Source of the DNA: a virus
IMG/VR virus record: IMGVR_UViG_3300045988_144274
Coordinates: 1-64,000 of that record
Reading direction: 5' to 3' (one strand)
DNA length: 64,000 bases
Below, piece by piece: positions 37,687-46,733 of this stretch. Numbering within the stretch: the first letter of the stretch is position 1; every line of letters starts with the position of its first letter. The position numbers and the translations under genes were made by a program. A model generated the notes under the pieces. It saw nothing but the letters and a program-made list of their open reading frames with translations. It was not told the DNA's origin and searched no databases.

Positions 37687-37968
37687 CTATTTACCTCCAA
37701 TTATTTTATAATCGCAAACATCATCTTTCAATATTAACCCATTGCTTTGAACGGTAGAATACAAATGGATTATAACCTGCGTATCATCTCTGTTGTCGAT
37801 ATAAACTTCTTGCCAAAGCTTTGCTATTTGTTTCATTGTTTTTTCCAGCTTGTCTTTGCCTATATCTCCATATCCGATCCATTGTTTTTGCTCTAACAAA
37901 GAGATATGTTCGTCTTTCGCCCAATGATAAGCGGATGCTTCTAATATATAAATATTTTTATTTTCCAT
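37687..37968 (-). CDS. Hypothetical protein
   Basis: Operon context. Confidence 0.5.
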   Translation of the reverse strand: MENKNIYILEASAYHWAKDEHISLLEQKQWIGYGDIGKDKLEKTMKQIAKLWQEVYIDNRDDTQVIIHLYSTVQSNGLILKDDVCDYKIIGGK

Positions 37969-38215
37969 ATTTTTCTTTAATTTGCTCCAAAGTTATTCTC
38001 ATACCTTCTTGTAATCCTTTCGAATAGGCATCTTGTCTTTCTCCAAAATTCCAAAGTATATATGTAATAAGAAGTAGAATCATACATACTACTCTATGCC
38101 ACATTGGTAGTTTAATACTAAATGGAGATAAATTTATTTCCATGTGTCCAACAAATGCAGCAACAAATACAAAGGCTACAATCATTATTATCAAATCTTT
38201 CATGGTTTCATTCAA
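37958..38215 (-). CDS. Small membrane protein
   Basis: Two hydrophobic segments. Confidence 0.5.
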   Translation of the reverse strand: MNETMKDLIIMIVAFVFVAAFVGHMEINLSPFSIKLPMWHRVVCMILLLITYILWNFGERQDAYSKGLQEGMRITLEQIKEKYGK

Positions 38216-38426
38216 TTAAATTACTTGCTAAATAATCATCTTCTGACATTTCAAAGATACCTGTAATTATCACATTATCACATTTTTTTGTCCTTTCTAT
38301 ATAGTGTTCAACTTCCCGTATAGACAGATCGCCTGTAACAGTGAATAGTTGTCTCCCATACACATATATTCCATATTTCACAGCCATGTAAGGGAATAAG
38401 AAGTATCTAGTTTTGTTTATTTCCAT
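38208..38426 (-). CDS. Hypothetical protein
   Basis: Operon context. Confidence 0.45.
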   Translation of the reverse strand: MEINKTRYFLFPYMAVKYGIYVYGRQLFTVTGDLSIREVEHYIERTKKCDNVIITGIFEMSEDDYLASNLIE

Positions 38427-38598
38427 CTCCTATATATATTAATTGTTTTCCCCATAATTTGATTGTTTGCACCTTACCTTTTTTTATAAGATCATAAACC
38501 CATCTACGCTTAATCCCTTTCAAAAATGCGTATGTGTCAATAGTAACCCATTTATCAGTATCTATCATCATAAGTTTTTTCTCCTTAAATATTCGCAA
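38407..38598 (-). CDS. Small HTH DNA-binding protein (excisionase/MerR-like; uncertain)
   Basis: WVTIDTYAFLKGIKRRWVYDLIKKGKV pattern. Confidence 0.4.
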   Translation of the reverse strand: MRIFKEKKLMMIDTDKWVTIDTYAFLKGIKRRWVYDLIKKGKVQTIKLWGKQLIYIGDGNKQN

Positions 38599-39095
38599 AT
38601 TAAAGTTGCATCTACTTTGTTATCATCAATATTATCACATCTATCGGTTCGCCTAAAATCCAATTCAGGGAAAAGACGTTTTGCGGCATTGATTGATGTT
38701 GCTTTAGTATTCACTTCTTTCTTGTTAATCTCTTTATTTTTGATTTTTACTTTCTTATATGTTACCACCATATCACCGTTTTGCCATATATCGCTTTGCC
38801 ATGTTTTAGGAGCAATAAGATGATAAGGTATTTTATGAGCTATAAGCAAGGCTTGTAATTTCCCATATACTTCTCCAAAAGAGAATGTAGCTTTTGCACT
38901 ACTACCAAATATAGCATGAACACATTCAAGTCCTGCTACTATGTTTGGATATTTAGACTTTAGATATTCAAGCATATCTGATATTTGGTAAAAGTCATTA
39001 TCCTTTAAACTCATGTGAGTCCATTCTCCATTTACTTGTATCGCAAGATAACCCAAAGCACCGGGGTCTATCCCTATGTAACATTTATTTTCCAT
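38568..39095 (-). CDS. RuvC-like Holliday junction resolvase
   Basis: CYIGIDPGALGYLA (Asp), GLECVH (Glu) and C-terminal DNKVDATLI acidic residues. 175 aa. Confidence 0.65.
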   Translation of the reverse strand: MENKCYIGIDPGALGYLAIQVNGEWTHMSLKDNDFYQISDMLEYLKSKYPNIVAGLECVHAIFGSSAKATFSFGEVYGKLQALLIAHKIPYHLIAPKTWQSDIWQNGDMVVTYKKVKIKNKEINKKEVNTKATSINAAKRLFPELDFRRTDRCDNIDDNKVDATLICEYLRRKNL

Positions 39096-39372
39096 ATCCC
39101 ATCATTCTTTTAGCTTGTTCATAATATTCTTCTTCGTTTGAAGATGCAAATTCTCCTAAATATCCTAATCTCCTTATTTCATTAATCCAATCATCCTTTG
39201 TGAATGATTCTGCAACATCGACATTACATTCTTTTAAAGCCATTTTAATAATATGACTATCTTCATATAACTCATGCTCTAATGTGTAGAAAAATACACG
39301 CATCGCAATATATTGACCATAAGTATATAGGATTTTCTTTATCAATTCAGATTTAATTAGTTCATTTTCCAT
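39085..39372 (-). CDS. Hypothetical protein
   Basis: Operon context. Confidence 0.5.
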   Translation of the reverse strand: MENELIKSELIKKILYTYGQYIAMRVFFYTLEHELYEDSHIIKMALKECNVDVAESFTKDDWINEIRRLGYLGEFASSNEEEYYEQAKRMMGYGK

Positions 39373-39739
39373 ACCATATATCTTTTAAAGTTTGAAGTTC
39401 ATTTGATACTTTCATATATTTAGAAAGTAAATCATCATAAGCTAATTTTAATCTTTTCCCTCTTAACCCTGAACCACTAAGGTTTTCAGCGGCAGGTTTT
39501 AGACCTATTTGTTCATAATAAGCCATCATATATTCCTTTCTTTCATCTTTAGGTATATCCTTTAAATGGACTTGCATAATTTGAGGTCTTTTTGCCTTTT
39601 TTAATTGATAATTTAACTCTGCTATTTCAGATTGGAGCATTCCTATTTCAACCTTTGCAGCTTTATAATCTCTTAAAAGATACTTAAATAAAACCTCAAT
39701 AGGTAAATCTTCTAAATCAATTTTATTATCATTCTTCAT
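39362..39739 (-). CDS. Hypothetical coiled-coil protein
   Basis: Operon context. Confidence 0.5.
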   Translation of the reverse strand: MKNDNKIDLEDLPIEVLFKYLLRDYKAAKVEIGMLQSEIAELNYQLKKAKRPQIMQVHLKDIPKDERKEYMMAYYEQIGLKPAAENLSGSGLRGKRLKLAYDDLLSKYMKVSNELQTLKDIWYGK

Positions 39740-39947
39740 TTTTCTTTTTATCCATTATTTGCCATAATAAATTAACAGGTAATATATCCTTATTATACCC
39801 ATTTTTTATTAATTCCATATTCTTTGCTAAATCCCTAGAATCAATAGGGAAATAATAGTATATAGAATTTTTATTCTCCGCTTCTATCGTCATATCTATT
39901 AAAGATTGTAGATAGTCTCTAAGTTTAAAGTAATTAGGATTTGCCAT
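39729..39947 (-). CDS. Hypothetical protein
   Basis: Operon context. Confidence 0.5.
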   Translation of the reverse strand: MANPNYFKLRDYLQSLIDMTIEAENKNSIYYYFPIDSRDLAKNMELIKNGYNKDILPVNLLWQIMDKKKNEE

Positions 39948-39960
39948 ACTTGTACAACTA

Positions 39961-40128
39961 TTATATTACTTCATAATCTCTAATTATAAACTCCCAACTT
40001 TTAAAATCTAGTTCTCTTGCTGTCATCATAGCTTTTTCTTTTGAGCTGAACACGCCAATAACAACTCTTCTTTCAACATTAGGGAAAGAAGAATTTTCAA
40101 ACTTATACAATATCCAAACTTTATTCAT
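39961..40128 (-). CDS. Small hypothetical protein (55 aa, below the track cutoff)
   Basis: MNKVWILYKFENSS... The frame was checked codon by codon. ATGA overlap with 40125..40367. Confidence 0.4.
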   Translation of the reverse strand: MNKVWILYKFENSSFPNVERRVVIGVFSSKEKAMMTARELDFKSWEFIIRDYEVI

Positions 40129-40367
40129 AACCAAATCCTCACTTTCTTAACTCCATAACTTGTGAAAATATCAACTCCCATAATTTCGTTTCTTCTAAAA
40201 TTTGATAGAATATTATGAATACCATATTTTTTGTTAGCTTCATCCCATATACGTTTAGGTGTCTTTAATAAATAAGGAGGATTAATCCCTATTTCCTTAT
40301 AATAATTACATAGAAAATCAAGAGTTTTTAATAGTCCTTTGTAATTTACTTCTTTTATAAAATCCAT
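40125..40367 (-). CDS. Hypothetical protein
   Basis: Abuts the MBL gene. Confidence 0.5.
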   Translation of the reverse strand: MDFIKEVNYKGLLKTLDFLCNYYKEIGINPPYLLKTPKRIWDEANKKYGIHNILSNFRRNEIMGVDIFTSYGVKKVRIWL

Positions 40368-41081
40368 TTAGAATTCCTCCTTTTTTAGTTCTACTGTGAT
40401 ACCGCTATCTGCAAATATAGCTCTAAATCCTGTCTCTTCAAATATTCTCTCACCAAACTTTTTTTCATCGCTATTTTGATTACTTAGATGAAGCCCTATG
40501 ACTGTCTTTAAATTACGAGACTTATGTCTTTTAATAACTTCGATAGCCTGATCTAATGATAAGTGATTTTCAGATGCACTAGACGACCATTCATCATGTA
40601 TCGCATTATTTACAATCACATCATTACTGTAATTAGTTTCAATCATTAAAACATTTACATCTTTCACCTTATATTTAAAATAAGAACAATCAGTTATAAA
40701 CAAGACTCTCATTCCATCAGGGCAATCTATTATATATGAATAACATTGTGCATTATGAGGAACTTCTAAGCATTGGATATAAAAATTGCCAATATGATAT
40801 TTCTTTTTAGGAAATATTGAAATAACTCCTTCATATTTATTTGCAACTTCTGAATTGCTATATACCGGAATAGTCCTTAATAAAAATTCCGGTATATATT
40901 TAGCATGGTCAATGTGCAAATGGGAAACAATGCATCCAACAATATTCCTAAATTTATAGGAAATATTCTTATTTATAGGTCTAAATGGGATTCCTGCTTC
41001 AATTAAAAGAATTTCGTTATTACATTCAAGGATATACGCATTTCCTTTACTACTGCTCCCCGCTATCCTTAGAATTGTCAT
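40368..41081 (-). CDS. MBL-fold metallo-hydrolase (possible nuclease partner of RecT)
   Basis: HLHIDH (HxHxDH) motif, 237 aa. Confidence 0.7.
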   Translation of the reverse strand: MTILRIAGSSSKGNAYILECNNEILLIEAGIPFRPINKNISYKFRNIVGCIVSHLHIDHAKYIPEFLLRTIPVYSNSEVANKYEGVISIFPKKKYHIGNFYIQCLEVPHNAQCYSYIIDCPDGMRVLFITDCSYFKYKVKDVNVLMIETNYSNDVIVNNAIHDEWSSSASENHLSLDQAIEVIKRHKSRNLKTVIGLHLSNQNSDEKKFGERIFEETGFRAIFADSGITVELKKEEF

Positions 41082-41352
41082 AATCCTCTTTCATTAAATA
41101 AAATAATTCTTCAAATATATTATAGTCCAACAAACGTGGGTCACATATTCCCATAATACTTTTGATTCTATATATTAAGCTTCCTACTAAATCGTCATCT
41201 GTTAAAACTTGGAAAGGCTCTTGAAGATGATTGTCTAACTCATCGAGAATATCATCAATCGTATCAATGGTGAATTGTCTATATTTCCCCATATCATAAT
41301 ATAGTTTTAATTCTATATCCTCTACTTTACTTAATAATTCCTTCGCTGTCAT
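41050..41352 (-). CDS. Hypothetical protein
   Basis: Operon context. Confidence 0.45.
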   Translation of the reverse strand: MTAKELLSKVEDIELKLYYDMGKYRQFTIDTIDDILDELDNHLQEPFQVLTDDDLVGSLIYRIKSIMGICDPRLLDYNIFEELFYLMKEDYDNSKDSGEQ

Positions 41353-41542
41353 ATATTACTGTAAATTTTTCTTTTAACATTTCAGGTGTATATTCAGGAT
41401 AATCTTCTTCATTGAAATCATCATATCTATATGGGTAAGATATCCATTTGTCAACTCCGGCACATTCCAATGCGTTTAATTCTCTTTCAGCGTTTAACAA
41501 TGAAAGTAATTTTTCTTCTGATATTACATAAAAAGTTCTCAT
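41327..41542 (-). CDS. Hypothetical protein
   Basis: Operon context. Confidence 0.45.
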   Translation of the reverse strand: MRTFYVISEEKLLSLLNAERELNALECAGVDKWISYPYRYDDFNEEDYPEYTPEMLKEKFTVIYDSEGIIK

Positions 41543-41543
41543 A

Positions 41544-41744
41544 TCATTCTTCTTTTAATCCAAAATCACCAAAATCGCAATTTCTATCTTTCAATACTTC
41601 TACAAGTTCACTATCATCAAGATAGTCAAGAGCTATATCACAAAACTCTGCTTTTTCTTTTACAGACATAGATTCAAACAAGTCTTGTACATCAATACTA
41701 ACAGTTACATTTACGTTCATGATTATATCTTTTTGAAATAACAA
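41544..41744 (-). CDS. Hypothetical acidic protein
   Basis: Operon context. Confidence 0.45.
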   Translation of the reverse strand: MLFQKDIIMNVNVTVSIDVQDLFESMSVKEKAEFCDIALDYLDDSELVEVLKDRNCDFGDFGLKEE

Positions 41745-42133
41745 TTAATATCTTCCTCTTTTACCCACCAATGAGATTTATCACCATATTCATCAGTTAT
41801 ACACCCTTCATTTTCTGATAAGTATATTTCCCCTTGAAAATAAGCAATCTCGTCAGGTTCATTATTCATTATTACATCTTTAATACATAAGAATTTGTCC
41901 CCTCTCTGTATTCCTGTACTCTCTGATAATTCACCTTTTCTATATTTGTCGTATCGCTCAAAATAGTATTTGCTGAATTTTTCTGTTTTATGATTTATTA
42001 ACTCCTCTTTAAACTGTTCATCGGTCATTGGAATTAATTCGTCATTAGACATGTATATTCGATACTTCCGCATATACAATTCAATACCTTTGCATACACA
42101 TTTTGCGAGGAAATTTTCAATTCTTCTTTTCAT
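41723..42133 (-). CDS. Hypothetical protein
   Basis: Operon context. Confidence 0.5.
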   Translation of the reverse strand: MKRRIENFLAKCVCKGIELYMRKYRIYMSNDELIPMTDEQFKEELINHKTEKFSKYYFERYDKYRKGELSESTGIQRGDKFLCIKDVIMNNEPDEIAYFQGEIYLSENEGCITDEYGDKSHWWVKEEDINCYFKKI

Positions 42134-42137
42134 AATC

Positions 42138-42362
42138 TTAATTCACATAAACATATTGATAACTACTTATCCAAAAAAACTCTTGAAGATTATCCCCTAA
42201 ATAATTACGAATGTCTTTTTCTAAATAATCCTCAATATATTGGCAATCTTGTCGCCATCTTACTCCATTCTCTCTAGTAAGACATTGTACTTTTAAGTTT
42301 GAATATTTATTACATAAGTATTCAAATAGTTTTTGAACTATGTCTGTTGTATTTTCACTCAT
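42138..42362 (-). CDS. Hypothetical protein
   Basis: Operon context. Confidence 0.5.
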   Translation of the reverse strand: MSENTTDIVQKLFEYLCNKYSNLKVQCLTRENGVRWRQDCQYIEDYLEKDIRNYLGDNLQEFFWISSYQYVYVN

Positions 42363-42373
42363 ATTTTTCTAAT

Positions 42374-42421
42374 TAAAAAGTCCCATCCGAATAGGTATTA
42401 CTACCTAAACAAAATGGGACT
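42374..42421 (-). terminator. Mid-operon hairpin with U-run (terminator/attenuator candidate)
   Basis: 8-bp stem agtcccat / atgggact with a 27-nt loop that contains its own taggta/taccta stem. Followed by a U-run on the minus strand. Confidence 0.4.
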
Positions 42422-42522
42422 AAGTTGTGATTTATTTACTCAATATATATCTGCATCACCATCTATCCAATCGGGCATCATTTCGCCCAAAAAAGAATCT
42501 AGTTCATCGTCATCATCCATAA

Positions 42523-43416
42523 TTAAAACGGGCGTGCTTTAACTTGTTTTTTCTTTTCTTCCTTGATAGTTTCCGGTTCACCTGCACTTGCATTTGCACC
42601 ACTAAGCTCTTCTTTATTATTCAATGTGGACGCATCTACAGTTTCCGTTACTTCTTCGTATTCTACAACTTCACCTACTTGTTCAGTGCTTAGTTGCTTC
42701 AAATTACTATTTGTTTGTTCCTCATTATCATCATCATCAAAAGCTTTTAATTCAGGAGTGGAATTTATAATCATTGTACATCCTGAATTTACAAGTGTCT
42801 TTTGCAGCATTTTCTCATCAAACTGTTTATGCGTTGCTTGCTCCCTAGATGAACTCTTAGACCATGCAGTCAATATTTGTTTACGAGTCATTTCGTAAAG
42901 ATACATCTCTCCATCTTTAGATGGCAAATATATATATCCTCCTATAAAATCTTTATCTAGGTTTTCTAATTTTTGTACGTGTTTCAAAAGTTTCTTCTTA
43001 CCTGTCTTAGGATCAACTTCTGTTACATATTCATCCCCTTCTCTAATTGAGTGCGGCATTGGCTCCCAATCAGGAAATATGCGTTTTACCATAAGTACAT
43101 TCCCAAAATATCCGGGGTCTATACAAAGATCTGTTCCACGAACTACAGCATACGCCTGATTATAAGCTAAATTCAATCCTTTTGTAGCCATTTTAAAAAG
43201 TGCTGAACTAATGCTTACAGGGTCACAAACCTCTAATGCCGGACGCTTATCCTTATCTTTCAACTCTTGTAACTTTAGAACGCTCATCTTGATAGCATTC
43301 ACATAGTTATAATCTTTAGGGAAATTGAAATTAGCTTGGGCTAATTCATTCAATCTTCCAATTACTTGGTCGCCAATGTTATTTCTTAAAGCGACATTTT
43401 TTTTCTCATCTGCCAT
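42523..43416 (-). CDS. recT: RecT-family single-strand annealing protein
   Basis: The pattern SISSALFKMATKGLNLAYNQAYAVVRG...DPGYFGNVLM resembles the RecT core. Acidic C-terminus. Confidence 0.7.
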   Translation of the reverse strand: MADEKKNVALRNNIGDQVIGRLNELAQANFNFPKDYNYVNAIKMSVLKLQELKDKDKRPALEVCDPVSISSALFKMATKGLNLAYNQAYAVVRGTDLCIDPGYFGNVLMVKRIFPDWEPMPHSIREGDEYVTEVDPKTGKKKLLKHVQKLENLDKDFIGGYIYLPSKDGEMYLYEMTRKQILTAWSKSSSREQATHKQFDEKMLQKTLVNSGCTMIINSTPELKAFDDDDNEEQTNSNLKQLSTEQVGEVVEYEEVTETVDASTLNNKEELSGANASAGEPETIKEEKKKQVKARPF

Positions 43417-44126
43417 TATTTATATTTATTATTGATTAATTTTCTAATGAAATCTACGCCCTTTTGATAAACTAAAGTCTTGAAATTAATACATTCTTCA
43501 TAGTTTTTAGTATATTTCTGCTCTATTACTCTGAAATATCCTAAATCTTGATAACGCTGATACGGAATGTTATTATTCATAAGCACTTTTTCTTGTCGAA
43601 GAAATTCAAATAGGTTATTTCTTCCCATTCCTTTTATTCCAAGAACTTTAGCAACTTCTAGCATAGGAACAGCATCTTTACTATCTGCTACCGCATCGAA
43701 AAATTCTGCTTTAGGAGCTTGTTCTGCAATCAATGCTTGTTGTTTTTCTATTTGTTCAGCTTGTTCAGCAGCAAGCCTTAATGCTTCTGCAAAAGTTTTG
43801 GGGAGAGCTTTTTCTATAGTGCTTTTTGCTATTCTTTCACATTCCAAAAAGTAGTTTCTATACTCATAACTTTTTTCTGTTCTCGCCATCATTGCAAGAT
43901 GTTTTGCAAAGTCAAGAGTGATAGCATAATCTTTTGTTTCATTACCGTTCGCCATTGTGGCGAACCCCACCCAATCTTCATTTTCATTGAAGAATTTATC
44001 TTCTTCAATGTTTTGCATACTCCATCTCGTCCAATGTGATTTGTCTAATCCAAGTCCAAGATACAATTCTTTAGCGGAAACGACTTGTTTTCCGTTTTTT
44101 TCTGTAATTTTGATTAATTCATTCAT
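43416..44126 (-). CDS. Phage antirepressor (AntA-like N-terminus plus KilAC domain)
   Basis: The N-terminal KELYLGLGLDKSHWTRW and the C-terminal FFDAVADSKDA..MLEVAKVLGIKGMGRNNLFEFLR resemble ANT/KilAC. Start chosen at MNELIKI; the ORF track extends to 44222. Confidence 0.75.
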   Translation of the reverse strand: MNELIKITEKNGKQVVSAKELYLGLGLDKSHWTRWSMQNIEEDKFFNENEDWVGFATMANGNETKDYAITLDFAKHLAMMARTEKSYEYRNYFLECERIAKSTIEKALPKTFAEALRLAAEQAEQIEKQQALIAEQAPKAEFFDAVADSKDAVPMLEVAKVLGIKGMGRNNLFEFLRQEKVLMNNNIPYQRYQDLGYFRVIEQKYTKNYEECINFKTLVYQKGVDFIRKLINNKYK

Positions 44127-44226
44127 ATTACCAACATTATTTGTGAGCCAACAATAAGGAAGAAAGGGAAACCTGTTGGCATAGCTTTCAGTGGGAGTAC
44201 TAAATCCACCTATCCCTTTCATTCCA

Positions 44227-44234
44227 CAAATATA
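44227..44234 (-). promoter_or_regulatory. TAnnTTTG (-7 type) promoter box on the minus strand
   Basis: The plus strand reads CAAATATA, which is TATATTTG on the minus strand, upstream of the antirepressor gene. Confidence 0.35.
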
Positions 44235-44309
44235 GAGATATTATTTGTTATATCCAATAACCTCTACGTCAATTCCATTAACTTTAAACTTCTGTAACAC
44301 ATCAGATAT

Positions 44310-44696
44310 TCAAAATGGTAGTGCATCGGCAGCACTTTGACTCATTGATGAAAAATTTTGTGTTGGTTGCGATGACTGTGGTGTTGGGACAGGAGGTGCT
44401 TGCTTAGCTGCCTGTGACTCAAACTTCTTTTTAACACTCCATGCTTTTATAGATGTATACCAACGTCCCTTAAATTCTCTGGATTCAAGATTTACTCCAA
44501 TACTAACAACATCTCCGATTCTAATGTTCGCTTCTTTAATCTTGTCTGCTCCCAAAATAGTGAAACAAATATTTTTAGGATAGTTATCGTCTGTCTTTAA
44601 TACAAAATCTTGGCTAACCCATTCACCTCTCTGTCCCACACCTCTAGTTTCGGGGAGTATGGCAGTAATTTGACCTTCAATATATATTGCTTCCAT
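44310..44696 (-). CDS. DUF3127-like OB-fold protein (SSB-like, C-terminal DALPF tip)
   Basis: The N-terminal IEGQITAILPETRGVGQRGEWVSQDFVLKTDDNYPK resembles DUF3127. The Pro/Gln-rich linker and acidic ...DALPF tail are like the SSB tip. Confidence 0.65.
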   Translation of the reverse strand: MEAIYIEGQITAILPETRGVGQRGEWVSQDFVLKTDDNYPKNICFTILGADKIKEANIRIGDVVSIGVNLESREFKGRWYTSIKAWSVKKKFESQAAKQAPPVPTPQSSQPTQNFSSMSQSAADALPF

Positions 44697-44698
44697 TA

Positions 44699-45136
44699 TT
44701 ATTTGTTATTATATGGATAAACGTCCATTATTTTACTATTAGATACACTTTCGATTCTATAATCAGCCATTGTACCTTTCATGTATTCGTCTAAATTCTT
44801 TACAGCTTGTCTTAAATCTGCTGCTTGTACAAGCATATTGGTTGTCATAGTCTTTTCAGCCCCAGTCTTTTCGTCTAAGGTGATATACCCAAGTTTACAC
44901 TTAAACCAAGTATCATCAGCTTCATTATCGCTTGGAACTACTTCTGCGTATTTTGTATCTACCACAGCTTTTATCGAAAAATCACCACTGATAAAGGGAG
45001 ACATCTCTTCTATTAGTCTAGCTTCGGCTTCTGTCACAGATAAGGCATCTATTAGATATTTTTCTGTAACTTTTTTTTCTTTCCCGTTCTCCATTACTTT
45101 TTCGTATTTCAGAGAACCTAAAAACCATTTTTTCAT
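44699..45136 (-). CDS. DUF4494-like protein
   Basis: MKKWFLGSLKYEKVMENGKEKKVTEKYLIDALSVTEAEARL is typical of DUF4494, which commonly neighbours DUF3127. Start chosen at the internal Met. Confidence 0.55.
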   Translation of the reverse strand: MKKWFLGSLKYEKVMENGKEKKVTEKYLIDALSVTEAEARLIEEMSPFISGDFSIKAVVDTKYAEVVPSDNEADDTWFKCKLGYITLDEKTGAEKTMTTNMLVQAADLRQAVKNLDEYMKGTMADYRIESVSNSKIMDVYPYNNK

Positions 45137-45168
45137 AATAATGTTTTTTAAAATGTAAATATATAAAA

Positions 45169-45534
45169 CTAACAATCGCAATTTTTATTATCTACTTCTT
45201 CATCTTCATCTTCATTAAATAAGCCGTTAAAGGTTTCATCATATTCCTTAATAGCAACCAATACATTCCTTTGAAACTCAAAGAACTTTCTATGATTCAT
45301 AGAACATTGTGAACCCATCGTTAATGTAGCTATATAAGACAAAGCATGTCCTAAATCGTCATCATCATGTGATTGTTTTGCAAATAATTCCGTAATATCA
45401 TCTATATTAGAAATTGTTGCTGAAAAATGACTTTCATTTGTTTTAATTAATATTAAAGCAGGAATATCATTTTCTTCTATAAATTTAGAAAGACTTTCAA
45501 ATTTCTTTATTAATTCATTTTCTTTATTTTTCAT
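45169..45534 (-). CDS. Hypothetical acidic protein
   Basis: Operon context. Confidence 0.5.
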   Translation of the reverse strand: MKNKENELIKKFESLSKFIEENDIPALILIKTNESHFSATISNIDDITELFAKQSHDDDDLGHALSYIATLTMGSQCSMNHRKFFEFQRNVLVAIKEYDETFNGLFNEDEDEEVDNKNCDC

Positions 45535-45538
45535 ATTG

Positions 45539-45892
45539 TTATTTTTTTAACGCATCATCTATTGACACTCTGTTTTTTTTAACTTTTGTATATTCAGTGC
45601 TTCTTATTATATTTCCACACCAAGTATTAGTACTTTGTCCTAACATTTCAAGCTCTTTATTTTTTTTCTTGGAAGCTTTAGGGAGTAAGCCGTATACATA
45701 ACCATACTGATTAGGCTTTTTCTCAACAGCTTTCAATGTCAGTATGTACTCCCCTTTTCTGTTCCTATATATTGTATTAAATCTTAGTGGGATAAAAATA
45801 CCTTTTTCCTCCACCCCACCCACCTCATCATTAGTTATGATAACCCCATTCAGTTCAGATAGGGTCACATTTACACTTAAATTATTATTCAT
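45539..45892 (-). CDS. Hypothetical basic protein
   Basis: Operon context. Confidence 0.5.
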   Translation of the reverse strand: MNNNLSVNVTLSELNGVIITNDEVGGVEEKGIFIPLRFNTIYRNRKGEYILTLKAVEKKPNQYGYVYGLLPKASKKKNKELEMLGQSTNTWCGNIIRSTEYTKVKKNRVSIDDALKK

Positions 45893-46287
45893 TTTCCTAT
45901 TTCTATTTTCTTAAAGATACGTTCATACCACGGAAGATTATTGAAATCATCTATTTTATTTTTAATGTTAGTTACTTTTTTACATTCTTTATCTAACATA
46001 TCTAGCCGTTCTTTATAATTTTCTAGCTGTTCTTCCATCTTTTTTATTAGATTATCCTCATCACAAATATAAACAGAAGAAAGTGTCCCCCAACCCCAAA
46101 ACCTAGTATACGCTGCCATCTTTTCAGATATTAATGCGGTAATAAGAGCTAAATCTTCTGCATTTATCAGATAATCTCCTTTTAGTTCGAAATCTTCTGG
46201 GAATTTACCATTAATAACTTCTACATCACCAACCTTGTAGCTAAGTTCCCTACCATTAAAATAAACACGATTAAATTTGTCATTCAT
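45889..46287 (-). CDS. Hypothetical protein
   Basis: Operon context. Confidence 0.5.
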   Translation of the reverse strand: MNDKFNRVYFNGRELSYKVGDVEVINGKFPEDFELKGDYLINAEDLALITALISEKMAAYTRFWGWGTLSSVYICDEDNLIKKMEEQLENYKERLDMLDKECKKVTNIKNKIDDFNNLPWYERIFKKIEIGK

Positions 46288-46298
46288 AACTTTTACTT

Positions 46299-46733
46299 TT
46301 AAAGATTTATATTTAATTCTTTCCCATTAATTGCAAAAAACAAGTTTTGTAATTGGTGGACATATTCTACATTTTGTTTTACTGTGAAATCAGCTATTTT
46401 AGCACAATTAGGGTTAAGGTATATGTATAATGGCATGTAAGCATTTATATCTTTTAAACTCTTTCTATTAAAAGAATAAAAAGAATATCCACAAATATGA
46501 TTTATTTTCTCAAATCCGCAATTTAAAAGTATTTCTTCTGTTAGAGGAATTCCTTTAACTTCATGTAATATTGCGGTAATAAATCCATCAAAAAGCAAAT
46601 CTACAAGAATTGTATTGTCGTATCTCTTTTCACTTCTTGGATATTTATTTTCAAAAGAATATACTTCTAAATTTAATCCATTATAGCTGACATAATTCCC
46701 AACTCTTAATTCATTTATTTCCATGTTATTCAA
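46299..46733 (-). CDS. Hypothetical protein, paralog of 51961..52377
   Basis: Shared ELR(V/I)GNYV..., GIPLTEE.LL.CGFE.IN and LQNL(F/Y)FAI..KELNI.L motifs. Confidence 0.55.
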   Translation of the reverse strand: MNNMEINELRVGNYVSYNGLNLEVYSFENKYPRSEKRYDNTILVDLLFDGFITAILHEVKGIPLTEEILLNCGFEKINHICGYSFYSFNRKSLKDINAYMPLYIYLNPNCAKIADFTVKQNVEYVHQLQNLFFAINGKELNINL